64,000 nucleotides of DNA from assembly GCA_040285745.1 (NCBI GenBank), contig JAUFOR010000001.1, forward strand, positions 1 to 64,000, read 5' to 3'. Source of the DNA: Barthelona sp. PCE (taxonomy: Eukaryota). The position numbers and the translations under genes were made by a program. Positions 31,950 through 43,862 of the stretch are shown here, in pieces (position 1 is the stretch's first letter; each line of letters starts with the position of its first letter). Below the pieces are notes generated by a model. That model worked only from the letters and a program-made list of their open reading frames with translations. It was not told where the DNA came from and did no database searches.

Positions 31950-33728
31950 TTACAATAACATTAGCATATCACATTCACAAAGGAAGTCTCGAGTATTTAT
32001 CGTTCTTTGATCTATCATATAACCGGTGAAAGTATCATTCCAGTAAATTATATCCATTGTTGTAGAAAAATTGTTCAGCCTTGAGCAACGAACCATAATC
32101 TGTGATTCAACTGCGTGGAATTCATGGCACTCCATGTCTGGCATGTCATAGTACTTCTTATCACCGTTTTCATCGAAAATACAAGCAGCTTTACCAATAC
32201 AAATCGCACCCGGCCCAAAAAAATATGGTACATCGGTTGATGTGTGCATGTGGCATAAATAATGGGTGTCATAGTCTTCAGTGTCACTGTTGTATCGTAC
32301 ATAATAAAAAATTCCTTCCATAGCTACTATAATTATTGCTTCTCCTCCATTGTTATCAAAAGGGTTTAACTGAACTATACAGGTGATCGAATCCCCATAA
32401 TATTTGGTGAGAACTTTCACAACACCGCCTTCAACCGGATCAACCGCAATAAAAGTTATTTCTTCGCCAGAATATATCCACACACTGGTTTTGTTGATTT
32501 TTACCCAATCGTAATACATGGAAGTCGTAATTACCTCTCCATTAACGATGAACTCACACCCTTCTTCCAATTTACGACGTTGAACAACAACATATTCATT
32601 GAACAGCGGAGGATAGTATTCTTCACCACCTAGCAATGCTGGGCTCGTTCCACACTTATCATTTTCAATGAAGAGGTTGTAAAAATCGCCACTCAATGTA
32701 ACGCTTGCTGTCTTCCATTGTTTCGCCTTTGTGCAAAAGTATTGTGCCACGTTTCTGCTCATTTCTGACGATACCACAACCATGGTGCAGTGATAAAAGT
32801 TCCAAATAACTGTGTTTGTACAGATAGGAGTCGTACAGGGTTCTGTTTTTAGCATTTCTGAAGCTTTGAAACTAAAAAACCCGTTACCAATGTACTCTAG
32901 CAATGGAAACATCTTATCTTCATTCAAATCATAAAAAAAAAGCTTACCATCAAATGTAAAAGCAGTGCTAAAAGGCAGTGCACCTGCAGAACCTAATTTC
33001 ATATCGAATTCTTCATTAGCATGATATATGTTATCCGCTACACGTACAATGATGTCTTTACGCTCCAACACCAAATCATCCTCCTCAAACACGAAACAAT
33101 TCGATCCGGGAGTCAAATCATATGCTACAAATGTACGATTCGCCAAAAAATGACTCTTATCAACACGAGGAACGTTATCTGACAAATCTAAGCTCGCAAT
33201 GATCGTCAAACTGCTCTTCATGAAATATAATAGTTCACCATTGTGAACAAATAAGTCGCACAAAAACACACCGCCAATTTGAGTTATTTCTCCTGAATAA
33301 ATATCCAATATGTCATATCTATTGGTCCAATACCTCTTGTTTATGAGCCTTCCTTCTCTTAAAATATGCTTTGGTCCTATGCATGATATTTCTTCAACAA
33401 TGCGAAACTCACCTTCACTAAAAGCCAAGAATTCAAAATCTACATTCAAGAAATCAGTCTGTTCAATGTCATGGTATGATCTAAATCGGTATATTTCGTT
33501 TGAATTTAGCATAGTAACCTGAATTTTGGTTGTATCTTTGAAAATTGTATATTGACTTTCAGCAATTGGAGAAAATGCTGGTGGTGGAACTTTTATCCCT
33601 AAACCTGTTTTAGCAAGCCTTTTGAAGCTATGCCCATTCAACTCATCTGTCTTGCTTTGTACAACCAAAATATCCCCAAAGTGTATGAAAGTGAAGTCCT
33701 CTGTGTGCTTTACTGTGGCCCTCGGCAT
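31950..33728 (-). CDS. Probable divergent family X protein, 592 aa
   Basis: Starts MPRAT; contains KMFPLLE; ends INTRDFLCECDM. Confidence 0.7.
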   Translation of the reverse strand: MPRATVKHTEDFTFIHFGDILVVQSKTDELNGHSFKRLAKTGLGIKVPPPAFSPIAESQYTIFKDTTKIQVTMLNSNEIYRFRSYHDIEQTDFLNVDFEFLAFSEGEFRIVEEISCIGPKHILREGRLINKRYWTNRYDILDIYSGEITQIGGVFLCDLFVHNGELLYFMKSSLTIIASLDLSDNVPRVDKSHFLANRTFVAYDLTPGSNCFVFEEDDLVLERKDIIVRVADNIYHANEEFDMKLGSAGALPFSTAFTFDGKLFFYDLNEDKMFPLLEYIGNGFFSFKASEMLKTEPCTTPICTNTVIWNFYHCTMVVVSSEMSRNVAQYFCTKAKQWKTASVTLSGDFYNLFIENDKCGTSPALLGGEEYYPPLFNEYVVVQRRKLEEGCEFIVNGEVITTSMYYDWVKINKTSVWIYSGEEITFIAVDPVEGGVVKVLTKYYGDSITCIVQLNPFDNNGGEAIIIVAMEGIFYYVRYNSDTEDYDTHYLCHMHTSTDVPYFFGPGAICIGKAACIFDENGDKKYYDMPDMECHEFHAVESQIMVRCSRLNNFSTTMDIIYWNDTFTGYMIDQRTINTRDFLCECDMLMLL

Positions 33729-33958
33729 AGTTTAAGTTATTAAAAATGACCAACAAAACAGGAAAGAAAAGCAAAAACAAAATTTTTTTTCCAATGACTC
33801 ATCAACTGTGAATAAAGTATCATGTTGCCCCGGCTGCCCACTAATTTCAGTTAAGAAAAAGAAAACGTAATACCTACATTGATTATTTTCTACTTTCTTT
33901 TATCCATTGCGATACAACAACACAGGTAGTTTTAAACTTAATCAAACTTAATTTACAA

Positions 33959-36139
33959 TTAATGGTGTGAAGTACAGATAGAAAGTCCTTCGGGTAGAGC
34001 GTTACCACAAATCTTACATTTGCACATCTGCTCAACAAGTCCATCATGGAAGCTGATCTCTCCGCACTCTGCCTTATAGTACTCCTTCTCCTTTTCCTTC
34101 AGACGCTTGACATCAGCTGACTGTGTATCGAGCGTCCTCTTGAACTGCTCCTGCTCGGCCTTTCTCTTCTGTATAAGTCTCTCGCGTTCTTCAGCCAACT
34201 CTTGCTCAATGCGAATACGTTCTTCACGTTCCTCTTTGAGAACGCGTTCTTTCTCAGTCAAGCGGATCATTTCAATCTCCTCCTTCTGCTTACGAAGTTC
34301 TTCATTAATGCGTTGGGCCTCTTCACGGAGACGAGCATCTCTATCAACACCCTCATCTTTCAGTAGAAAGACGGCATCTGGATCTATATCGCAACCCTTA
34401 GGCATCTGTTTTGCTGGATGGCGAACCTGGTAGTCAAGCGCACGACGCAAATTCGCTCTCATCTGATCTTGCTTCTCCTTCTCACGCTGTTTAATCTCGT
34501 TCGCAATTCGTGTATCTTCTTCGAGTTCCTTTAATGATTCTTCAATCTCTCTCGCGCGATCGGCCTTCTTTTTACGCTCAGCCTCGTCACGCATGTATCT
34601 CATCTCATCAGCAATGCTCTTGGCCTCCTTACGGCGTCTCTCTACATCGGCCTTGCTGCCGTCATCCTTTGTAATAGCCCACTCGTCTGGATTGATGCTG
34701 AATCCAACAATAACACCATCACCGCGCTCACGTTTCTCTTGCAATTGCTTCTCAAGCGCACTACGTTGGGCGGATTGACGTTTCCTCAGTTCCTTCGCCC
34801 AATCTTCCTGCTCCCTCTTCAAATCTTCCTCGATACGCATGCGTTCTTCACGCTCTGCCGCTAGGGTTTCTTCCAAGCGTTGTTTTCTGTTTGCCTTGCT
34901 CTCTTGAAGACGTTCGTATTCGTTCTTATACATCTCTGTGGGGGCAACTTCAGGTGTGGGAGGGCGACGATCAAACACATACATGCCGTCGTACTTATCG
35001 TCTAATCGGCGAGGTGTGACGGTTCGACTGTGACGCACATTTGCCAGCTTGATGTTAGCTTCCTGTAGTCTGCGTGCCTCATCACGAATCTTCGCCTGTT
35101 TCAAACGCTCCTCCTCTTCGTAGCGTTTAGCGTTCAACAAAACTTCCTCAGAGTACATAGCATCTTCTTGGCGCTCCTTAACGATCTTTTCCTTCTTGTT
35201 GCGGGAAGAACGAGCGCGCTCCTTACAGATCTTACAAACATCCTCTACTGGGAAGTCCTCTGGACGACGACTCTTTGCTGTACCGGTTTTAACACCCAAA
35301 ACAGCAAGGTCATCATGATCAACAATGTCGTCACGGATCACAGGATCGACGTAGCGCAAGGGAGCTTCATCCTTAATTGTGACCTTCGGCTTCATTGTAG
35401 GTTTAGGGTTGGGGGGTGACTGCACTTTTGTTCTTCTGCTGGACTTTGATTTGGGTCGAGTGTTGGGCTCGTTAATCTTGAAAGTTTCGCGTAAACGGGT
35501 GCCGTTGGGCAGCTTAGAAACATGATATCCTTTAATGGAAGAGTGAAGGGCCTCACGGGGACGGTGATTCTTGAGTGCAGGGGCAAAGCCAACCTTTGCG
35601 ACTCTGTTGCTGAAGCTAAGCTTCACAATGCCCTTAATCATAAGACCAACTGAAGCACCAGTTGCGGCATGTTGACCAAAAACGTTGAAAATAGTAGTAA
35701 GAACATCAGAGCAAACACTGGAGCCAACACCAGCACGGTGAGAGATGACAGAGTAGTTGACGTCCACAACACGACCGGTAATGCGCTTCTTAGGAGCTCT
35801 CAGACCATGAGTGCTTAAAAATGAAGAATTAAACTGAAAACGTGGGATGAAATCCTCCTTGGTGGCAAAACCCACATCACTCGTAATCTTTTCAAAACAA
35901 ATTGTACCAAAGCGACCAAGTTTAACACCCTAAATATTAGATGACTGTAATAGAAGTTGCTAATTATCAATTATCCCGCGTGAGAAAGAATGCAAAGCAA
36001 CTATACGCCTGCATACGATGTGAAGTGATGTATTGGACTCAATAAACTGTACAAGGGATGAGAAAACTTTACCTACTCCAGTAACATCGAGATTTACCAA
36101 TGGATGTTCGGCACATGCACGAAATAAGCTTTTTGACAT
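33959..36139 (-). CDS. CCDC81-like protein (HU-like N-terminal domains plus long coiled coil), ~697 aa, 2 exons (36139-36017, 35929-33959)
   Basis: Spliced N-terminus gives GVKLGRFGTI and VNYSVIS...GIVKL segments resembling the CCDC81 HU domains; E/R/K-rich coiled coil follows. Confidence 0.65.
35930..36016 (-). other. Spliceosomal intron, 87 nt
   Basis: GTATGC...ATCTAATATTTAG, the same ends as the GRP94 intron; phase-0 in-frame join of a 41-codon first exon. Confidence 0.85.
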
Positions 36140-36427
36140 GTTCTAAATTTGTGAAAATGCTAAAAAAAACAAAAACACATTTGAAATGGATTGAGTTAGA
36201 TTTCCGATTCTGTATGGTTAGCTGCATCTTCTGTGGGTCAATAGCCCACAAATCGGCATTTAATTTCTGTGCGCCGCTTTAGAAGCAAGTGCAGGTGATA
36301 ACTGTTGCTTTATTAACTGTTCATAATTTAAAGATGTCTCCAAGTTTTACCTGGCTGCCAAAGCAAGACATTTCGTCGAAATTTTTAACAGAAGATTGAA
36401 TAAAATATTTATACAATAAAAATTTGA

Positions 36428-39400
36428 CTACCCTAGCAATGGGTTAAAATATTTCATGCCATTGTTGTAGAAGTTCTCGCGACGAACATATTTCCAAAGC
36501 ATCTGCTTCATCTCCTCATATTTCTCGTCACCACATTGACTGACCAAATCCTCAAAACCCATTTGAACGATACGCCTATGATAACAAAACATGTTGTGAC
36601 CCTTATATCCACAGCGTCTAAATCTAAATATAAGACTTGCCATTGCCATTAGAACATTATCATTGTGAGGGAAGTCGGGTGCAGAGCGAACGATGTTCAT
36701 ACCAGAAATAATAGCTGCACGGCTCAAACTCTTGTTATGATTGTTTAAAAGCGCTGAGTAGTAAGCAAAAACTGTGTCACAACAGTTGAGATAGGGAAAA
36801 TCTGAACCAAGCTTTGAAGCGAGTTCAACAACACCATGTGCCAGATCGTTGAATGATACAAACTGTGAGAAGAACAGCTGCCAACAGCTTGTATCAAAGA
36901 TAAATGAACTGTATTCTTTGTAGCAAGCGATCAAAAATTTCGAAACCCTGTTAAAGATTTGCAATGAAAGATCTGTATTTCTCCGACCATCAATGTGTAA
37001 GAATTGTCCGAGTTTCGTAATATGACACACATAGTCACTGACAGCTAAACACTTATCTTCGCTAGGTGAAAAGAATTGCTGCATATACTCCTCTTGTGTC
37101 TTTGAAAAGAACTCGTGTAATCTGCAAAAAACAGATTCAAGCAGTTCATCACGAGAAGATCGGTCTGACAACACATAAAATATGAAGAGAAACCTTGAAA
37201 AAAACTCAGGGAAAGATTTGAAAATGAGCATAAAGTTATCGTTAAGAATCATAATAAGAGGAGTGCTCTTCAAAGTATCAATCGATCTTGCTCGTAATAA
37301 TCTATGCATCGTGTCTGTCGCCAAAGCGTGTGCTGTTTCATCCTCTAATTGTTGAAGTAAAACTGGACACAAAACCTTGGCAGCAAAGAACCCGAAAAAC
37401 ACTTCACTAACTTCACAGTTCAACTTCTTATACTGATCTAAAAAGAGACTATCCATGACATTCATGATGGGAATAACATTGTAAAAGGCAGCTCCGTGTT
37501 CCCAAATACGAAGGAATGGAGAAGTCTCAATAAACTCAGATAGCTCTCTTTTTGAACAGTAATAGTTAAAAGATTTAAACGCTGACTCGAAGCAAATCGT
37601 CAGCAATACAACACGCACGTCAACGGCCATATGTTTTTTACGCCACATAGACTCAATAACTCCGACGGCGCTGCAATTAAGACGTTCAGCTATAGACATT
37701 GTTAGTCGCACCATTAACTTGAGTGGTGTAATTGCGAATCGCCACTCTCCCTGAATGACCGCTATGATGCTATCATATAAAGCAGTGAGAAGCTTCTTGG
37801 CAGAAGATTCAACAACCGAACACAGACGCGTGTAAATGTATGGTGCTGATTTGGGAAGCTGCAATGCTCGCAACAGCATCTTGACTGCTGCAGATCCCAA
37901 ATCATTGAATACGTTTGAGATGATGTACGAAAACATATGCATCACACGATTGGCAACGACAACGTTGAAGTCTACTGCAATGGAGCTTGGAGTCAAGTAC
38001 AGTAGAACTTCCAGGGCTTCCATGACATCATAAGTGATGCATGATGGGTATATTGTGGCGCAATGGATGAAGGAGTTGATGAGCATAAGGATATGCTGTT
38101 GATTACATGCATCAACAAGCTCACCTGCCTTGCTCAGGAGATCTCTCCGCTCATCATTTAAGGCCAACATGGCATCCCGGTCCATGTTATCTTCCTCACG
38201 GATGGCGTAGGAAAGATCCAGTGCACTTGAGTACATTACAAATGCGTCGCACAATGGCTTGATATTTTCCAAAAGCAGCTGCTTCAGACCAGCAACCATC
38301 TCAACGAAGTTAGAAAGGTTGGCAATGTTGTACATACTATGGTAATCTCTGATACGCATCATGAGATCTTCTGGTGTTTTAAAGAGCGCCGTGTTGAGGA
38401 ACGGTGGGACTGATGGGTGGGACTGACGCTTCGCCTGCACATTACATATGTACGCGTGTGGCTTATATCTGTGCAGTATCAAGGGCTTAACGGATGCGTT
38501 ACTGTAAAAGAATTGAAGAGGGGCCCTATCCACAAATAAATCCGCGTAAACATTAAATGGAACAGCGTCAACCGCAACCTTATTCGAAATATAATACTTG
38601 AGCGTCTTGTTATCGACCTTCTTCATGAGATTAGAGCTCTGAATGGATTCCAGCAATTTTGTCGCAATACGTGATAAAACTGTAATGTCAGTCGTCTCTG
38701 AAAGCCTTTTCTTATGTAGTGCATTCATGAAGTAGATGTACGTTGGAATTGATACGACACATTGCTTTTTGGGCATGTCATCAACCCTCCACATATCTTC
38801 ATACTGAACAACAACACCACGGGCGAAATATTGTTTGTTAAAAACAAAAACTCCGCGATTGACACAGTTAATAGCGTTCAAATCATCTCCGTGTGGAATG
38901 AAATGCGAAATCCGACCCTCAACGTGCTTCTTCATACGCGAAAATTTGATGGACAAATCAATGTACCTGTCTATGTAGAGGTAAATGACTTTCTCGTCAT
39001 ATAACTGCACAGGGGATGACTTTGCAATCTCAGTAACGTAAATGAGCTGCAATGGTTTGAGTATTTTCATCCACAAATGTTTGACATACTCGTTGTCAAG
39101 TGCCAACATCCATTCAGCGCAATCAAAGATACTATTAATGTTCTCCTCCGTGAAACACTCAACATGGTAGTGCCACTCGACAAATTCGGCTTTGGTTGGT
39201 ATGGGTTGAAGATCAAAGACCAACTCCTCAATGATTATGCGGAAGAGAGGCATGTCCACCCAGTGGTTATGGAATATGCAGAAGTAAAGATATGCAGTTA
39301 TGGAAAACCATGGGGTCTCAGCTACATGCATCAAACCATGTTTCTTGTTGTTGCAAAACAAAATGGAAAACACAAATGATGATGTGTACTCTCGACCGTG

Positions 39401-40909
39401 CCATATAAACGGTGTGCGTTCGAACATATATGAGTCATTTGCATAAGAGAACATCTTGGTCATTATCTTACAACGGTTTTCGTAAATGAACGGATCTGAC
39501 ACGTCACCAAAACCCCATGCCAAACCGAAATTTTCAGTAAATGATCCGTTGTCCTCTTCATCAACCATCATATCCCACAGACGCGTCAAATTCTTTCTCT
39601 TAAAATCACGGACACCCTTAACCAACTGAGGATACGATTGATCATTGCTCTCGTTGCAACTACTACCGTCATACATGTACACAATGGGAGTGTCATTCGT
39701 GTTCATAGCAGTTTTTGGCAATATCAAACTGTATGAACTCTTGTACACTTGTTCCATTCGCTGCAGTTGGTGTTTAGTAAATATCACATAAAATGAATCT
39801 TCCGAAAGATCGAATTCGATAAAGCGATGAGCGTTCACATGGCTAAACGGGGAAAAATAATTATTCTTGGCCACGTGCTTAATCCACTCCTTCTGGTAAG
39901 ATTCTCCCAGATATGCCCTGAGATAAGGCAACAGTTCCATTCCAAAACCAACTTGTATCGCCTTTTTGTTGACAGAGAACACTCCAATGAAGGCAGTACG
40001 GAAGAATCTATGCGGATGATTGCGCGCCACCTTTAAGAAGATTGTCATGGACACGTCGAACTTGGAGATCACATTATTGTACTGCTTACCACGAGGAAAG
40101 TTATACTGCATTTTCAATACACGGTTGAATTTTTCCATCCCCAGACTCGATGACCATCCAAAAAAAGGTGTTTTGCACATCAAACTGAACATGTCAAGGT
40201 AGTGTTCCTTGATTACCCAGTTCTCAAAGCGGCGTAAATGCCGTCCGTGGGTCGTGCGTCCCTCCAAAGATTGGTGTTGAAAACGGATGCCTTCTTTGTA
40301 TTTCGGATACAGCACATCAAAGAAACGAACTTGAAATAAGTCATCATTGGGTACGGTCAAGAAAAGATGACTCATTATGATTTTACGGTTGAATTCTGAA
40401 GGAGAACAACATATTGTTATCGGAATGACGTTCGCAGAAACAAACGGATCAGTTTCGTACTCGCGTAATATATAACTGGCAACCCACTCGTACCTACCGC
40501 TCTTACCTTTACGAATAAGTTCACGTAACACGCGAATACGGAGCTTTTCATCGGTAAGTTCGGTGAATAGTATATCAATTTGATCCCGGGTGTTGATACA
40601 CCATTCAAAAAATGCTCTGTTGTTCTTAATTGTCTTCATCACTCGCTTCTTTATCCACTTCTCGGGGTTGCAGTGGTATAACCATATAACAGAAGAGAAA
40701 AATTGCTTCGAAATACACAAATCAAAAAACAAACGCTTTCTGATTAGTGTATCGAACTTTCCAAAGCTGTGCAGGTCAGCAAGCGTAAACTTTTCGGTTA
40801 TTGGCTGACATAATTCTAGTAAAAGCGAAAATTTAGCCCGAAAATCGGTTGAAGGATTTGCAAAGATGTTGTCAACAGCTGAATGAAATGTGTCAATGGA
40901 CAAAGTCAT
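36428..40909 (-). CDS. Large hypothetical helical protein, 1493 aa
   Basis: 4.5-kb uninterrupted ORF; no motif recognised. Confidence 0.8.
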   Translation of the reverse strand: MTLSIDTFHSAVDNIFANPSTDFRAKFSLLLELCQPITEKFTLADLHSFGKFDTLIRKRLFFDLCISKQFFSSVIWLYHCNPEKWIKKRVMKTIKNNRAFFEWCINTRDQIDILFTELTDEKLRIRVLRELIRKGKSGRYEWVASYILREYETDPFVSANVIPITICCSPSEFNRKIIMSHLFLTVPNDDLFQVRFFDVLYPKYKEGIRFQHQSLEGRTTHGRHLRRFENWVIKEHYLDMFSLMCKTPFFGWSSSLGMEKFNRVLKMQYNFPRGKQYNNVISKFDVSMTIFLKVARNHPHRFFRTAFIGVFSVNKKAIQVGFGMELLPYLRAYLGESYQKEWIKHVAKNNYFSPFSHVNAHRFIEFDLSEDSFYVIFTKHQLQRMEQVYKSSYSLILPKTAMNTNDTPIVYMYDGSSCNESNDQSYPQLVKGVRDFKRKNLTRLWDMMVDEEDNGSFTENFGLAWGFGDVSDPFIYENRCKIMTKMFSYANDSYMFERTPFIWHGREYTSSFVFSILFCNNKKHGLMHVAETPWFSITAYLYFCIFHNHWVDMPLFRIIIEELVFDLQPIPTKAEFVEWHYHVECFTEENINSIFDCAEWMLALDNEYVKHLWMKILKPLQLIYVTEIAKSSPVQLYDEKVIYLYIDRYIDLSIKFSRMKKHVEGRISHFIPHGDDLNAINCVNRGVFVFNKQYFARGVVVQYEDMWRVDDMPKKQCVVSIPTYIYFMNALHKKRLSETTDITVLSRIATKLLESIQSSNLMKKVDNKTLKYYISNKVAVDAVPFNVYADLFVDRAPLQFFYSNASVKPLILHRYKPHAYICNVQAKRQSHPSVPPFLNTALFKTPEDLMMRIRDYHSMYNIANLSNFVEMVAGLKQLLLENIKPLCDAFVMYSSALDLSYAIREEDNMDRDAMLALNDERRDLLSKAGELVDACNQQHILMLINSFIHCATIYPSCITYDVMEALEVLLYLTPSSIAVDFNVVVANRVMHMFSYIISNVFNDLGSAAVKMLLRALQLPKSAPYIYTRLCSVVESSAKKLLTALYDSIIAVIQGEWRFAITPLKLMVRLTMSIAERLNCSAVGVIESMWRKKHMAVDVRVVLLTICFESAFKSFNYYCSKRELSEFIETSPFLRIWEHGAAFYNVIPIMNVMDSLFLDQYKKLNCEVSEVFFGFFAAKVLCPVLLQQLEDETAHALATDTMHRLLRARSIDTLKSTPLIMILNDNFMLIFKSFPEFFSRFLFIFYVLSDRSSRDELLESVFCRLHEFFSKTQEEYMQQFFSPSEDKCLAVSDYVCHITKLGQFLHIDGRRNTDLSLQIFNRVSKFLIACYKEYSSFIFDTSCWQLFFSQFVSFNDLAHGVVELASKLGSDFPYLNCCDTVFAYYSALLNNHNKSLSRAAIISGMNIVRSAPDFPHNDNVLMAMASLIFRFRRCGYKGHNMFCYHRRIVQMGFEDLVSQCGDEKYEEMKQMLWKYVRRENFYNNGMKYFNPLLG

Positions 40910-41078
40910 AAAAAAGTTTTGATGCTTAAGTTGTAGATCTCAAAACAGGATCTAGAGCTCACAAAGGGTTCAATACGAAAAAACAGATTCATTCCTATTT
41001 TGAACTCCTTTGTAGGGATGATAAGATAGATTACCCACAAATTTGGATTGAAATGTTTACAAACTACTGGATTAATGA

Positions 41079-43862
41079 CTATTCAATTCTTTGCACTTGT
41101 AGGGGATGTTCAGCAGCCAAATTCTCCCGGTCTGCAGCCACGCGAGCCCTTGTGCTAATCCTAAAAGGCATAAGAATCGGTGTTTCTATTTCGGTTTCAT
41201 ACTTAACCATTCCCAGAACCCTTAGATTTGTTTTCCAGTTAAATCTTTCCGTGTTATAATGCACATCGTCGGCCTCATCCATGTCCTGGATCAACTGTAT
41301 TAAATTAACTTCAAGGAAAGGTTCGGGATTTCTGCACTGCTGAACAGTACGTGAAGCCCTGTCTAATACAGGACACAATGAGTGATAATGAAAGAATGGA
41401 ATGAGTGTATCTTCTTTGTTTATGTTCAAAGCGACGATTGGAATCACAAATCTCGTCTCGCCGTCACGAGTTCTTGATTCAACTATGATCATTTGACACT
41501 TTTCTGTTCTGCTCCAATTACTTTCATCAATGTACTGTGGTGGCACATTGTTGTTCAACCGCGGATCCCGAACATTTGCAGGTAATGCAGAAAAAATATT
41601 AGTAAAAATGTCAGACTCTTCAACATTTAATTTCAAAAGAGCATTGCAAAATCCCCAACTCTGATTAAGTGTGTACCTGTCCACCCGAGATAACTCTAAA
41701 ATTGGTCGAATACACCACGGATGTTTGCTTTTGTATGGCCATCTATACTGAAATTGTTGACTTTTCAGGAAAAGAATGTTTAAATTATCTTTCATAGCCT
41801 TTACGGTATCATACAAAGATATCAATGCCTTCAGGTCGTGTGTTCTAAATAAGTAATCTTCTTCAGCTCTGATAGCAACGACAAACTTCAAGTTATTTAT
41901 CCCAACTTCGTCTAGATTCAAACTATCACGATATGGCTTACGCTCAATGCCTTTTTCTATCAAATTCGATAATTTATCAAGCGTTTCATAGTGACCTGAA
42001 TTAAAACAATGATAAGTTTTGAGCATTAGTGAACACAATGTATGAATCTCTTCAGGACTTTTCATATGGATAACAAAAGCATTTCTATTTTCTTTATCGA
42101 TACAAAACACATCACACAGCTTAACCTTGTCCTTATTTGACGTATATCCTACTTCAGTAACAACGTGAATCTCTTCATCCATCATCACTGCACCGCGTTG
42201 CAAACTGATGGTTGAACTGAATTCTGCCTCTCCATCGTGAGTACCGGCGACATTAACTGCTGGCCCTCGTATAACACCTCTCTTTTGGAAATATGGTGAG
42301 GCTAATCCCAGTTCGTGAAAATCCAAAATTTTTGACTCCAAAAATCTTCTTTTTTCATCCAATTTAGCTCTTTCAAAGTATCTCCACCCATGGTTTGAAT
42401 ACAAAAGATAACACCCATCAAGGGAAAATAATGCAGAACAACTTTTCCATAGATTTTTTTGATTTGTTGTTCCTGAACGCAATTCGATGTTGGAAAAATG
42501 TCTCTGCATTACATATTTTACCATGGGTGCATTGCAATTGAACATTCTTCCAAGATTAAGAAAAGAGTTCATTTCTGAAGTTCTTAATGTATCACGAATA
42601 CGATTATTACCATCATAACTATAAAACAATGATAGACGATCAACAATGTAATCATTACATTCATCACCATTTTCAAGATCCACAACATTGCCGTTCTTAA
42701 AGGCTTTACGAATTACTATCTCTCCATTTTCAAAAAAAGTCAGCGCAAGAAGACAAGAATCATTAATATCATCTCTGCATCGTGCTAGCCAAAAATTTTC
42801 TGCATATTGGTGATTGAAACAATTTGCTAAGGTCATAAAAGCCTCTTTCCATTCTTCCGAAAATTCTTGAACTTCAATTTCTGTTCTTTCCTCTTCCAAT
42901 AGATTTAACAATTCTGCTACATATCTATCAAAACGTTCTTGGAAACGTTCACCTTCGTGATATTCTTCATTTTCATACCATTTTATGAACCTGAATGCCT
43001 TCAACAAGGGAAACAAATCGTATTTGGCATTAAAATCGACAGTAACTTCTTCACTAGTAGTGGCAAAGTCAACATGATTTAATACCAATCTGTGATCAAA
43101 GAGTTCTACGTGACTTAAGTTTATGGAGCATACCTGATCAAGTGCATATGGTACTTCATTCTCAAAGATATTATGATCTTCAATAAATTGAAGCAATGAA
43201 ACACTTGAATCGTGATCTTCCAACCCAAAAGATAGGGGGGTATACTCCACTGTGTTTGACTTCCACCACCTTACAACATCATCATCAGTTAATGTTGAAT
43301 TAAACTTTATCTTAGTAAACAGACCATCATCTGCTCTTCTATCCAGTTTAATTGAAGAATCAACTTTTGCTGTTAGTTTTTCAACAAATCCCTTGCTGAA
43401 CGACACAGGAGTTGCCTTTAATTGATGAGATTCCTTAACAGGACCATCTTCTTCATCATCTATCCCATCATCTATCCCAAAAAATCCAGCCATCTTTCTT
43501 GAAAAACCCAAATCAAAATTTAATAACAAATCATTAAAAACGTTCTGTGCTTTAAGATCATGGTTCAGTATGAACACTTTTGCCTCATCTTCAAACTCAC
43601 ATTCCCCAAAAACAAAATCATAGTCATAATTGTACTCATGAGTCAGCTTACTATTTGCATCAACACTTTTCATAATTTTCTTCTTCACACGCGAATATTT
43701 ATATGCCTCAACGTTGTTGAGAACTTCTTCGACGTCTCCACGCCTGATAACCATTCGAATAGGAGTTACCTTAACAAATGGAAGCTTGTTATTAAAGCAA
43801 TAAATAAAAAATGCATTTCTAACTTTATCAACAGAATCTTTCACAAAAGCAATACGCTTCAT
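41079..43862 (-). CDS. Hypothetical protein with a DUF6119/TIGR04141-like region
   Basis: Long ORF. DGCYLLYSNHGW, EAEFS, KVKLCDVF...VIHMK and KFVVAI resemble the bacterial family from memory; the family call is tentative. Confidence 0.5.
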   Translation of the reverse strand: MKRIAFVKDSVDKVRNAFFIYCFNNKLPFVKVTPIRMVIRRGDVEEVLNNVEAYKYSRVKKKIMKSVDANSKLTHEYNYDYDFVFGECEFEDEAKVFILNHDLKAQNVFNDLLLNFDLGFSRKMAGFFGIDDGIDDEEDGPVKESHQLKATPVSFSKGFVEKLTAKVDSSIKLDRRADDGLFTKIKFNSTLTDDDVVRWWKSNTVEYTPLSFGLEDHDSSVSLLQFIEDHNIFENEVPYALDQVCSINLSHVELFDHRLVLNHVDFATTSEEVTVDFNAKYDLFPLLKAFRFIKWYENEEYHEGERFQERFDRYVAELLNLLEEERTEIEVQEFSEEWKEAFMTLANCFNHQYAENFWLARCRDDINDSCLLALTFFENGEIVIRKAFKNGNVVDLENGDECNDYIVDRLSLFYSYDGNNRIRDTLRTSEMNSFLNLGRMFNCNAPMVKYVMQRHFSNIELRSGTTNQKNLWKSCSALFSLDGCYLLYSNHGWRYFERAKLDEKRRFLESKILDFHELGLASPYFQKRGVIRGPAVNVAGTHDGEAEFSSTISLQRGAVMMDEEIHVVTEVGYTSNKDKVKLCDVFCIDKENRNAFVIHMKSPEEIHTLCSLMLKTYHCFNSGHYETLDKLSNLIEKGIERKPYRDSLNLDEVGINNLKFVVAIRAEEDYLFRTHDLKALISLYDTVKAMKDNLNILFLKSQQFQYRWPYKSKHPWCIRPILELSRVDRYTLNQSWGFCNALLKLNVEESDIFTNIFSALPANVRDPRLNNNVPPQYIDESNWSRTEKCQMIIVESRTRDGETRFVIPIVALNINKEDTLIPFFHYHSLCPVLDRASRTVQQCRNPEPFLEVNLIQLIQDMDEADDVHYNTERFNWKTNLRVLGMVKYETEIETPILMPFRISTRARVAADRENLAAEHPLQVQRIE

